From: Eledone cirrhosa
Taxonomy: Eukaryota
Reading direction: 5' to 3'
Assembly (NCBI GenBank): GCA_964016885.1
Contig: OZ024741.1
Coordinates: 326,244,001-326,308,000, forward strand
Length of the DNA: 64,000 nucleotides
Shown: piece by piece, positions 42,627-54,189 of the stretch
Position numbering within the stretch: position 1 is the first letter of the stretch
Layout: every line of letters starts with the position of its first letter
Position numbers and translations under genes: made by a program
Notes under the pieces: generated by a model
The model's database searches: none
Seen by the model: only the letters and a program-made list of their open reading frames with translations
Told to the model about the DNA's origin: nothing

Positions 42627-43657
42627 ATAGTATAATAGAAGGGGCGGATATTAAGTGTGTAGAGGGGGACGTTCATTAGTTGAATGAGACTCCAAACAAA
42701 GTATTTAATAAATACCATGGTATTTTTAATAAAAATGTAATTAAACTATCATTCTCTACCACCCCTAATATTAGTTCTCATTTAGCTAGCACTAAAAATA
42801 TGAAAATTAGGGACAGCTACTCCTCTTTGCGTACTACTAGTCTTGATAGATCCATTAATGCCTTACCACCTGAGCAGACCTTATCTTATAATAACCCTAG
42901 GAGTGATGCATCACTCATTCAGCCGGTCAATAGCACCCGGCAGTGTAACTGTAGAGTGAGTATTAACTGCCCTTTAAATGGTCACTGCCTCTCTAGGAAC
43001 ATTGTTTATGCTTGTGAGGTTAAGACTAATTCTTCTAATAACACATATATAGGCTCCACATCTAATACTTTTAAAACTAGGTTTAATTCTCATATCTCTA
43101 ATTTTAAGCATGTTAAGTTTAAGAACTCTACTTCTTTAGCACACCATATCTGGGATCTTAAAGGGGCTGGTATGCCATATAGCCTTAATTGGCGTATAGT
43201 AGCACGCTCTAATAACCTATCAACACACACTAAATTCTGTAATCTCTGTATCCTAGAGACCCACACTATAATTTTCTCTAGGGAAGTTTTGCTTAATAGA
43301 AAGTCTGAGATATTTTCTTCCTGCCCCCATGCCATTTCTAATTCTTTCTTCTATTATAGACCTAAAAGTTATGGTAGTTTAAATCGTATCCATTAGCTGC
43401 TATATTTCCTTATCTTTTTTGTTTAGGTTCATTTTGATTACCATCATCATTATTATTATTAGTTTTTACAGCTTTTCGATTTTAGTTTCCATATTCTTTT
43501 GGCTACCATACCCTATCTATCTTCTTAAGCATTATTATAGTTTCTCTACTAACACCTTATGAGTTTATATCCTATTAAATACTTTATTTGGAGTCTCATT
43601 CAACTAATGAACCTCCTCCTCTACACACTTAATATCCGCCCCTTCTATTATACTATA
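42627..43657 (+). mobile_element. 5'-truncated Naiad-type PLE with an inverted copy of its 3' UTR at the 5' junction
   Basis: 42627-42710 is the reverse complement of 43573-43657; encloses a GIY-YIG ORF. Confidence 0.85.
42680..43396 (+). CDS. PLE C-terminal fragment: end of the RT thumb + GIY-YIG endonuclease; N-terminal residues come from the inverted repeat
   Basis: IFNKNVIKLSFS..CNCRVSINCPLNGHCL..NIVY..YIGST..FKTR..CNLC..LLNRKSE..CPH. Confidence 0.8.
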   Translation: MNETPNKVFNKYHGIFNKNVIKLSFSTTPNISSHLASTKNMKIRDSYSSLRTTSLDRSINALPPEQTLSYNNPRSDASLIQPVNSTRQCNCRVSINCPLNGHCLSRNIVYACEVKTNSSNNTYIGSTSNTFKTRFNSHISNFKHVKFKNSTSLAHHIWDLKGAGMPYSLNWRIVARSNNLSTHTKFCNLCILETHTIIFSREVLLNRKSEIFSSCPHAISNSFFYYRPKSYGSLNRIH

Positions 43658-44229
43658 TTGGTAGGGCAACAACGATACGAAATATCAATCACCTTTTACT
43701 GAGTGAAATGGAAAAAAGCAACACTATTTTGACAGTGATGTTCAACTGATTTAACGTTAACAGTATCGTTTATCTGACTCTAAGTGAACAATAACGTTTA
43801 TCTGACCCAACTCAATCACTTGGAAGTCGCTATCAAATCGAATCCTCCTTAAAAATACTTACATTGTGTTTCACGTTGACAACACGAGACTACATGTCGA
43901 AAAGCGAGTAATCAAATCAATTAACCACAAAGCAAGGGAATACATTGACCACCCATCATATTCTACTTCCAAAGCTCCTACAAACTATCACGTCAATCGT
44001 TTAACGATTGACAAGGCGAATAAAGTCTACAATGATATGGACGACTTTCTCGCTGTGAAAGCGTGGATCACATCCAAAGATCATCCCCTGGAATCGATCG
44101 TCTGCCAAGCAAATGAGAGAAGATATTGAAGTAGACAGTGATTATGCTCTGGAATTGTCATTTAAATATGTTTTGATTCCAGTTTGGTGTTGTATTTTAG
44201 AAAAGATTTAGAATCAATATAAACGGTCG

Positions 44230-44376
<147 letters not shown>

Positions 44377-45117
44377 GTATGTATGTATATATACAAACAT
44401 TTTTTGTGTTGAGATTGTTTCAAATTTCTGTAGTGTTTCTGTTATTTAGGTCACATCATCTGACAGACTGAGTGGAAGAAAGAGGAAACAAGTACATCGA
44501 CCAAAATTTTCTTGTTAATGTTATCATCATTTATATACCTCCGCCTTCCCCACACACCTGCGGTCGCTTCATCGAAACTCACCATCTTCATCCCCCTCGT
44601 CCTCCTCCTCCTCCGCATCACTCTCCTCCTCCTCCTCCTTAACACGTTTCATCATTAATTTGATAAATGTTCCTGCCTTTGGACAATTTCTGTTTAGTAC
44701 TTAATTGCAACACGTTTTAGCTGTGAGAAAACAACACAACATCGCTAGATTGAAGAAGAGGCGACAAATGAATAAATGAATAGATGAATAGATGGATAGG
44801 ATAATATGATGAATGAATGTATAGAGGACAGTCTTTTAGCCTACTGTCACAAATGTTATTACATTATAAAATTAATACTGTAACTCTTTCTTTTATATTT
44901 TTCTTTTGGGTGGTTGGGCTTTAATATTTTTGTATGCTTTTCGCCTCTATTTACTGATATTTTCATGGTTGTCTTGGCTTTCTTCATCACAACGTTCTTG
45001 TAATGTATTTGCTGTTTACGTGTTAAAAGCAGTTTTTAATTAAAAACAATGAAAAAACGAACAAACTAATTAAATATATATTCCAAAAGTATGCGCAACC
45101 AATTTATTAATATGTGC

Positions 45118-45299
45118 AGGTGCAAACGTAGCTGGAGTTATTAATGAATTCAGTTGGTACGGAACAACGAGGTTCGAGTTCAGTGCTTTTGCAGTATGTC
45201 CCACGCTTTGAGGAATCAAATGTTTTCTAGTATAGTCTGAAGTTGACCAATCAAAGCCTTGTGGCGGAATTCAATACACGGAAATCGTGCACAGGCCTT

Positions 45300-45386
<87 letters not shown>

Positions 45387-45400
45387 TGTGTGTGTGTGTA
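45118..45400 (+). mobile_element. Old tRNA-derived SINE remnant followed by (TG)n
   Basis: Decayed A/B boxes (ggttcgagttc) and gaccaatcaaagccttgtggcggaatt..acggaaa motif recalled from octopus SINEs. Confidence 0.4.
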
Positions 45401-45812
45401 TAACTACAATATAGATGGCAATTGCTGCCTGTCTGCGTATCTATGTATATGCATATAACCAGTTGGCGCCTACACCAGTGATCCGATCATGATGAAACAT
45501 TACACACATGTTAAGTTGAGATTCAGAAACAGGACTGCAGAATTGGATTTCAATAAAAATTAATAAAGGAAACCCTGAGCACATCTTTATAATGGAGGAG
45601 GAAAGAGAAGACGTTTCAGTGAGAGAGGGGGATGAGGAGATACTACTACTCCATGTTAAACCCTCCCTCCCTCCCACTACTCCCCTTACTCCTCCCACTA
45701 CTGCCCTTCCTCCTCCCACAACTCAGTCCTCCAAAGCGAGGCAACAACTTATTAAAAATATACAATGCACGTTCTTGTTTGTTTTCCATTCTGTAGAGAA
45801 AAAGAGAGAGGG

Positions 45813-45853
<41 letters not shown>

Positions 45854-46105
45854 TATCAGAAAAGAGAGAAAGAGAGGGGTTGAGTAAGAAAGAAAGAAAG
45901 AGAGTGAGGGTGATTGGGGAGGAGAGAGAATGATAACAACGTTCCATAACTTAAACTTTTATTTATTTATTCTTTACACACTGTTTCGTCAACCTTACGT
46001 CTCATTCTCTTTCACTTTCACACAAGACATACTTACTCTGTGTGTGTATGTGTGTGTTGTGTGTGTGTCCGATGAAGTTACAATGTCCGCACACACACAC
46101 AAACA

Positions 46106-46152
<47 letters not shown>

Positions 46153-46164
46153 ATCTCACCCCCT

Positions 46165-47017
46165 CTCTCTATATATATATATATGTGTGTGTGTATGTGT
46201 CTGTGTATATGTCCGTACACACACAATTGCTGCAGTTTGCAACCAATTTTCTTTAAATTTGTAACAAATATGCGTTATGTTCCCAGAAGTGTTGTGGACT
46301 CATAAAATTTTCAACCTTTTATCTAATGCGGCCCCTAGGTAGACGAAGGCTGTCTCTCGATCACCATGACAATCACGTCACACGTGCGAAACTTAAATAA
46401 TTGTTGGTTAAGATTTTACTCATCTTAGTATGTTACGCTCTCTTTCTTTAGATAATGCCTCCAAGGAAGAGATCCGCTATTGGTCGAAAAATAGGAAAAG
46501 CTGAGCGAGGGAAAAGAAGAAAAGAAAATGGATCGTCAATGGAGGCTGCAATTAGATGATCTCCAGATGCTAAACGTAAAGCTACTGCAAGAGCGTTACA
46601 AAACTACGAGCAGCGTTATTTAAGACATAGGTTACTTATGTACTCCGGTTGGTCATGGGCACTTTTATTTATCCACATATAGATTATAGGCCGCCTGGGG
46701 GCGATAACCCCCTTGAACCGCTTCCTGGGAGTCGACTGAAGCACTGCAGTACAATGCAACAAAACGGCATAACGTCTGGAGTTCGCAACCCATTTTCACG
46801 AAAACTTGACACATGGGCTACGTATGTTCTGCAGATGAATTTGAACACTCAGAGATGTCACATATTGAGTAGGGGATCCCTGGGGGCAGGAAAACACTTT
46901 TGAAAAAGCCGATGATTTTGTATAAGTATAGTTTTCGAAGCACCACTGAAGTATTGGCATGAATGTTATACATGACTGCTATTTGATACCCGAGCAACGC
47001 CGGGTACCTCTGTTAGT
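46165..47017 (+). mobile_element. Non-autonomous Helitron
   Basis: 3' hairpin cccg-agcaacgc-cggg followed by tacctctgTTAG|T; internal remnant MPPRKRSAIGRK at 46454 resembling Helitron ORF N-termini; 5' TC plus microsatellite. Confidence 0.55.
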
Positions 47018-47046
47018 ATCTCTCTCTCTCCGTATATATATATGTA

Positions 47047-47096
<50 letters not shown>

Positions 47097-47097
47097 A

Positions 47098-47927
47098 ATA
47101 TTTATCATATATATGTATATATGTATATATATATATAAAGATTTACATATACATAAAGTCACAGATATATATGTGGAAACCGTTCACGATGTGGCTCAAT
47201 GAAGAATTAATAAATTAAATAATCAGAGCAATATATCATAAATCATGTCCCTAGAATTATTAGATAAAATATAGACAATGTCCTCTCCCAATTAGCATAA
47301 TTAACCGTATATTTACTCGCCGTAAGCAACTAATCACATTCTTTCTAACTTGACCACTGCCACGTCACGATTCTTAGCCATTTTTAAAATCTATTTCTGG
47401 CGGGATCGCTTTGGAAAATTAACTGTCCTATTGAGTTTATCTCCTGATGAGTTCGATACTCGAGATTTATCCTTAATAGGATATCTCAAAATGCGAACGA
47501 AACCATGGTAGGGACATAATTACGGTATGTGCACGTTTCTTCTAACTTTAAAATTATACCTAATTGTGTATGGTTGACGATATATTTCGTCAGTTTCTAC
47601 ATGCTGTTGAAATGTTGGGTAAATACTGTATTGTGGTCAACCGCGAAGAGGCTGCTTTCGGTTATTTGTCAAATATTTCTTCATAGGAGCCTTTATTCTT
47701 ATAGCCTGGTCTAATTGATTTTTTATACGGTAAATTATGCTAATTGGGAGAGGAAATTGTATATATTTTATCTAATAATTCTAGGGACATGATTTATGAT
47801 ATGTTGTCTGATTATTTAATTTATTAATTCTTCATTGAGCCACATCGTGAACGGTTGCCACATATATATCTGTGACTTTATGTATATGTAAATCTTTATA
47901 TATATATATACATATATATGATAAATA
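47098..47927. repeat. Fold-back element, ~210-bp arms, ~410-bp spacer containing a hammerhead, flanked by (TA)n
   Basis: 47098-47310 is the reverse complement of 47724-47927. Confidence 0.9.
47440..47514 (+). ncRNA. Type-I hammerhead with a 48-nt stem II
   Basis: tctc CTGATGA gttcg..gagat..atcct taat aggat atctc..cgaac GAAAC CATG GTA ggga. Confidence 0.7.
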
Positions 47928-47932
47928 AATAA

Positions 47933-47992
<60 letters not shown>

Positions 47993-47995
<3 letters not shown>

Positions 47996-48648
47996 AAAAT
48001 GTGTGTAATCCTTGGTACAGTTAGGTATATTAAGACAGGGGGGAAGAAAAAAATGGCTTCACTTGTGCTTTCAACAAATTTATTTTCTTCACAAAATCCA
48101 AAAAGAATTTTTTTCCGGATTAGAAAAAATTTGTTTAAAAAAAAAAATTATTTTAAAAATAAATTAAGTTGTTGGTTGTTGGTTAGGTCTTAGGAGTTCT
48201 TGGTTAAGGTAGGAGGTATTGTTTCGTTTTTAGAAAGACCGTTCACGTTGAGGTGCGCTTGTCAAACTGATGTGTATGTGGTGTGTTGTTCTATATATAG
48301 GGATTTAACATGTTTGTGGTGTTGTGGGGGGTTTTTCTCCCCTTTTAATAAGTGGAGGGGTGTAGGTGTGTTGAAAAAATGTTAATAGCAGTAATGAGTT
48401 GAGACAGTGAGTAGGGTTGGGTGGGGAGAAACGTAGCAAGTGCGGCCTGCCCCGGTCATTCTCGAAAAATTCCTTTATTCAGGGGAAAAAACTTTTAGTA
48501 TTCCTTTGTATCGAGAATGGTCATAGGCAAACCGCACCTGCCAAGCTTGTAAACAATTATTTTTTTCTGAAGAATTTTTCTACGTCCAAGAAAATAAATT
48601 TGTTGATAGCACAAGTGAAGCCATTTTTTTCTTCCCCCCTGTCTTAAT
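47993..48648. mobile_element. Third copy of the 36-kb family, ending in a ~60-bp inverted duplication
   Basis: 48028-48089 is mirrored at 48588-48648; 47993-48027 also matches 37215-37250 inverted. Confidence 0.8.
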
Positions 48649-49450
48649 ATATATATATATATATAGAGAGAGATACATATATCTATATATACATACTTGT
48701 TCCTATATATATATATATAATATATACAACATATACTATATATATGTGTGTGTGTGTGTGTGTGTGCGTTTGTATGTGTGTGTGTGTAATAATAATAATA
48801 AATCTTAAGTTACATAATCCTATTATTAGTATTATATGCATTATTTCAATGACACTAGTGTCGAGCTGTTATGCAATCATAGCAACAGCAACCAGTACCT
48901 GTGTAACCTCATCACACATTAACACATGTGAGTGAGTTAATATGTCATAGGCAAATGGTTGTATATTTGCGAAAGTCCAGTGAACATATATATATATCAT
49001 GGGTAAACTAATATATAACTCAATTTGTACGTGGAGAGGTAAATATGATAGTATATAAGTTGTATAATGCATAATGTTATATTATTCATGCAACAGGTGT
49101 AAAACATTATAATTGTTTTAGAACTACGTTTCCATCTTTCTAAATGTATATATATAAGTAAAAAGTAAACAGAAATAACAAACAAAACGACACAGTAGAT
49201 TGGAGAAATATATTAGATTAATATTTGAAATTGCAGGAAAAGAGTGAACGTTTCGGACACTAATCCTTCATCAGAAGATTTAGAAAAAGAAGGTAAAATA
49301 GAAAGATAAAGTGTAAGAAGAGGAAGCAAAGGGGAAAGAACACAACTGCGTATCCAGTCAGCCATGTATGTGTGTGTGTGTATATATATATATAAAATAA
49401 TTAAGTCAAATATGTAAAATTTGGCTTCGTTTATTATAAATTATAGATAT

Positions 49451-49505
49451 ACTGCTAAATATATTGCGGTTACAGCCATCATTGGCTGTGACCTCTTCAG
49501 GCAGT
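49451..49505 (-). ncRNA. Hammerhead homologous to 41486-41540, with GAAA changed to GCAA
   Basis: actgc CTGAAGA ggtcacagcca atga tggctgtaacc GCAA TATATT TA gcagt; downstream aataaacgaagc..atttgactt also shared. Confidence 0.6.
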
Positions 49506-49646
49506 CCGAATTGGTGTGGGAAAGACAGGTACACTGGATACGACCTGCTGGTGTTCTAAGTTTCCAGTAGATGAACAATCATTCCCTGAAAATAAGGGAA
49601 TTCTGAAATTACGCAGCTACATTCCTCAATCTTTGCATATGCGTGT

Positions 49647-49692
49647 TGCTATTTCACGTTTCTACCCCGTGCAACGACGGGTCCTGCTGCTA

Positions 49693-49730
<38 letters not shown>

Positions 49731-49776
49731 TAGCAGCAGGACCCGTCGTTGCACGGGGTAGAAACGTGAAATAGCA
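49647..49776. repeat. Perfect palindrome of two Helitron-like 3' ends facing across (TA)18
   Basis: tgctatttcacgtttctaccccgtgcaacgacgggtcctgctgCTAG-(TA)n-exact reverse complement. Confidence 0.85.
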
Positions 49777-50186
49777 TTCTATCCGATGTTCTAATGACAC
49801 AGCCAATTCGATGTCTTAGAACAAGTGATCGACTTTTAAACATTAGTCTTTACTATCACAGCTCATTCCACTATTGGTGAAATCGCAAAAAACGAAAATA
49901 TATATAATTTAATCTGTCAAAGTACCAGCCGCTCTCTGCTAGGTTTCTCTTCGAGACCATAATAGTAGAAACATCTGATATTCTGGTTCCCGAACTAACC
50001 CCTACTTACTGCGATCGTAATGAAGTTGGCATTCCGCAAAAACGAAGCTCATGTGATGTACTGTATTCTTACTGAACTCATAACTGTGGAAATATCTTGG
50101 ATTTAAACTTATAATGTAAAAAGCCGGTTCAAATATCACAAGCAATTTTTCCTAAGCGCTAACGACAATGACAAATTATTGGTAAT

Positions 50187-50560
50187 AATTGTTTCTACTT
50201 TAGGCACAAGGCCAGCAATTATCCAGTGCATTACTGGTATTTTATTTTATCGACCCCGTAAGGATGAAAGGCAAAGTCAACCTCGGCGGGATTTGAACTC
50301 AGATCGTAAAGGGACGTAACTATGCTGGAAAGCATGGCGTCCGACCCTCTACCGATACTGCCAATCCACGTAATAATGGTTTCTGATTTAGGCACAAGGT
50401 CAGCAATTTCGAGGGCATGAGAAAGTCGATTAAATGGACCACAGTGCGTTACTGGCACTTTATTTTAACGACTCCGTAAGGGTTTTGAACTTAAAACGAA
50501 AAGGGCCGAAACTCCATGCTACAAAGCATGCTGTCCGAAGCTCTACCGATACGGCCAATC
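50187..50560 (-). mobile_element. Two tandem MetaSINE-type SINEs (50187-50369 young; ~50377-50560 older)
   Basis: Reverse complement of 17344-17530. Confidence 0.75.
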
Positions 50561-51149
50561 AGCAGAAATTTACTAGTATTTAGTTGGAGAAGGTTAAAGT
50601 TGACTGGTACTTATGTTATCAACTTGTGAACGCTGAATTAAATCAGGTTTTCGATCCCACTCTTTGGTATCCTGTGCACGTATCGGTTACCATAGCCTAG
50701 GATAGTTTCTTACCTTGAGAGCTGAAAAAGATAGCCGAAAATTGTTTGGAAGCATCCCGGTTGGTAAGTTAAAGTTACACAATCGTGATTTCATGAGCAA
50801 GCTGTTCCGTTGATTGAACAATCGAAACAGTCATCGTCGAATTTGACGGACGTCCATTCCTTGTTACCGACTTCCACGAAATGAAAGGCAGAGTCAACAC
50901 AACCACGACAAGATTTGAGATCATAAGGTAAAGATTCGTAAATTAAATGACCAGAGACACGCTTTTTCGCTGCTCAGTAGACTGTGTCAATAGACCATAT
51001 AGCTGTAATAATCTCCAGTTTTTAGAGTGTATTTTTGATAACATCTATCGTTGTCCTATCAAGTGCGTGCGTGCGTTGCTGTTCTCTCTCTTTCACTCAC
51101 TGCCTCTATCTCTCTCGCTCTCCCCATCTCTCATTATTATATGCAAATG

Positions 51150-51340
51150 GTAGCCCACGCCCTGGCCACCACGTGGTCCAATCGGACAGAATAGAGAAGA
51201 CGTTTATCCAGAGGATGGTGAGGGAGATGCGGTAGAAGAGCCATTCCAGCTTGCGAGGCTCATACCTGCGGGTAGCCAAGTCCGTGCCGATAGTGGTGAG
51301 TAAGGAGGTGGTCCTAGGGCGATGGACACCAGAAGTCTGC
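51150..51340 (-). mobile_element. CRE-like REL C-terminal fragment
   Basis: QTSG..TSLLTTIGTDLATRRYEPRKLEWLFYRISL..FSIL, homologous to 9320-9500. Confidence 0.6.
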
Positions 51341-52582
51341 AAATTATAATCAATACATATACTTCTGCCATACTAACACAGCAATATACTAAAACATAAT
51401 AACAGCTGACTGACATATTCATTTTTTCCCCCAGTCGCCATCAAAACCTCATATATCTTCCGTCTCCGTGTTCCCGTTTTCCCCCGGAAGAGAATATTAC
51501 GCCTGAGGAAGGAAACTCGTGAAATGGAATGGCTGATGTAGCAGGTATCGCTGGCTGTACTCCGTGGCAATGCTTTTCTCCATAATGTTCGTGGAGCATT
51601 ATATTGTACAGCCAAGGGTGTAAATTTGTCCTCTCCCAATATACTCATTTTCTCCTCTTTTTCTTGTGTTTTCTTCTTTCTGTTTGTGTATTTATACAAT
51701 TGAATATGATTATTGTTTTATGTTATGTGTTTTGAATAATTCATTTATAAACTGAGAATGTAATTAACCTTGTCCAACAGTAAATTAAAATTGCATTATT
51801 TTTCGATGTACCATTCAGTGCTATCATGTGTGAATAGCTAATTAAAAACCCTTCGAGACAGCGCTATGTCCTGACTGCAGTCGAATGACTGAGAACAATG
51901 TAAGAACAACATTTTAATAGAATAGAAGAATGAAATAAAGAACAACGAGTTTGAACTGGTAACATATTAATTCTTGACTAAATTCTTTCACAAACATTCT
52001 GTTATTCCTTCTTTTCTAGAATCTCATCTACCGGTTCCTAATTATATTCAGCAACAGAAACTTGTACCCTCGTTCTTGACCAGCCGCTGATATAATAACG
52101 ACATTTGAAACAACAACAGTAGCAATAACAGCAGCAACAAGAACAACAGCAATTGTAACAGCGGTAACAATAAGAGCAGTAACAACAACAACACCAACAA
52201 CATTAAAAGTGACGACAACTGCAGTAGCAAGGAAAAAAGTAATTAACCAACAGCAACAATAACTGAAAAACAACGCAAAGACAAACATTAATATAAAGAG
52301 AAAATATAACAACGATATCAATAACAGCAGCAGTAATATCTAGGTTGTATTTCTAATGATATTCACACCGATGTTAGTGTAAAGAGAGAATGCTTGAACA
52401 ACGAACAACATTGAAAAGAGAGAAACAAAATATTGACTAACTTTACAAAAAGAAACGGTCGTTGCATTGACTTGTTCAAATGATGGATATCCATTATTGA
52501 TAACATTTTCCTCAATAATAATGATAATAATAATAATAATAATTGTTTCTACTTTAGGCACAAGGCCAGCAATTACCCAGTG

Positions 52583-52618
<36 letters not shown>

Positions 52619-52619
<1 letters not shown>

Positions 52620-53128
52620 TTACCACATTCTGAGATGTGGTATGAGCATAAGCCAGAGTCGGTGATAGAAAACGATCAGGTGAAGGTGCTATGGTATTTT
52701 AGGATACAGACGGACAAGAAACTGGAACACAATAAACCTGACCTGGTGGTTTTTGGACAAGGAAAAAGATCGTGCCTGATTGTAGATGTAGCCTGCTCAT
52801 TTGACACGAGAGTGCAAGAGGAGGAGGGAGAGAAAATTAACCGATACCAGGACTTAAAGTGGGAGGTAAAAAGGATTTGGAACTGCCATGAAGTCAAAGT
52901 GGTCCCGATTGTCATAGGCGCACTAGGTACTATTTCAAAGAGTTTCCAAGGATGGTTAAAGAAAATTAGTCCAGCCCCGCTTTTTGGAACACTTCAAAAG
53001 ACATGCTTGCTGGGAACAGCAAGAACCCTCCGATACGTCCTGAATATCTGAGGCTGCTGGTAGTAGCTTGAAATTCATTTCAACAAACTGTCTAGTTAAA
53101 TAACATCAATGACTGAGACGGAAAGAAC
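52619..53128 (+). mobile_element. 5'-truncated R4/Dong-type element between (TAA)n tracts
   Basis: WYEHKPESV..IQTD..HNKPDLVV..IVDVA..EKINRYQDL..VPIVIGALG (restriction-like endonuclease). Confidence 0.85.
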
Positions 53129-53163
<35 letters not shown>

Positions 53164-54189
53164 TAAGGGAAGTTTACGCACATGGTGAATAGGGTATTAT
53201 GGAATCGCCCCCGTAAGTTTTTGATTTTTTACATATTTAAAACAATTGTGATAGAATAATTCTTATTACATATGGGACATAAGATACCAGTCTTAACTCT
53301 CAGGAAGTGGCAACGCATACAATTATGGCAGAGGGGACCAATATTTAATATTTAATTTTGTATCAGAAATGTTATAATCAAAAAAGAAAATGGTTACAAA
53401 TGGTCACAAATGGAAGAAAACAGCCAAATAATTTCACCACCAACACCACCACCGCCGCCGCCACCACGACCACTACCACAAAAAAATTAGCTAGGTACAA
53501 CAACACCATCACAACACCATCACTACAGTATTACTATCCCATCACCACCGTCACCACTGCATCATCGCTACTACCACTATTCCCCCACTACCTCCTGTTA
53601 AGAGAGGGATGGTAGTAGTGCCACGACACATGACTAGAAGCGAGGAAGTCACCAACAGATATCAAAAGATATAAATAGACTGATTTAGTGACCCGGTCAA
53701 ACAGTTAACAACAACACAAAAAAAAAATTATTGTTGTTGAGAGAATTTAGAGATCTAAATTCTCTCAAAATGTTTAGTTTAAACGATGTCAAATCTAAAC
53801 TATAATATAATAATAATAATTGTTTCTACTTTTGGCACAAGGCCAGCAATTAACCACTACATTACTGGTACTTTATTTTATCGACCCCGTAAGGATGAAA
53901 GCCAAAATTAAGCAACAAGTCGAAAAATTACAGAACAGAACACAGACAAAAACAAATGCAACAGCAAAAGAAAAACAAATTTCAAAAGTTTTGAACGCAA
54001 CAACTCCTACTTCGCTCGTAACTAAAATCAAAAATAGCAGCAGCAGCAACAACAACACTAGTAAACGATGTTACTGACCTTGAAAAAAAAAAAAAAAAAA
54101 ACTAAGTCAGACATTAAAACATTACAATGAAACTTGTTTATTTTTTAAAGTTTTTATCTATTTGTTTGTTTATTTATTTATGTTGGTCT

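Noticed and set aside
43866-44129. 87-aa ORF of ordinary composition
   Set aside because: No recognisable motif and no ATG start; cannot be supported without a search
49240-49280. Minus-strand CTGATGA aggattagtgtcc GAAACGTT
   Set aside because: Core is hammerhead-like but I cannot pair stem I; possibly a decayed copy, not called
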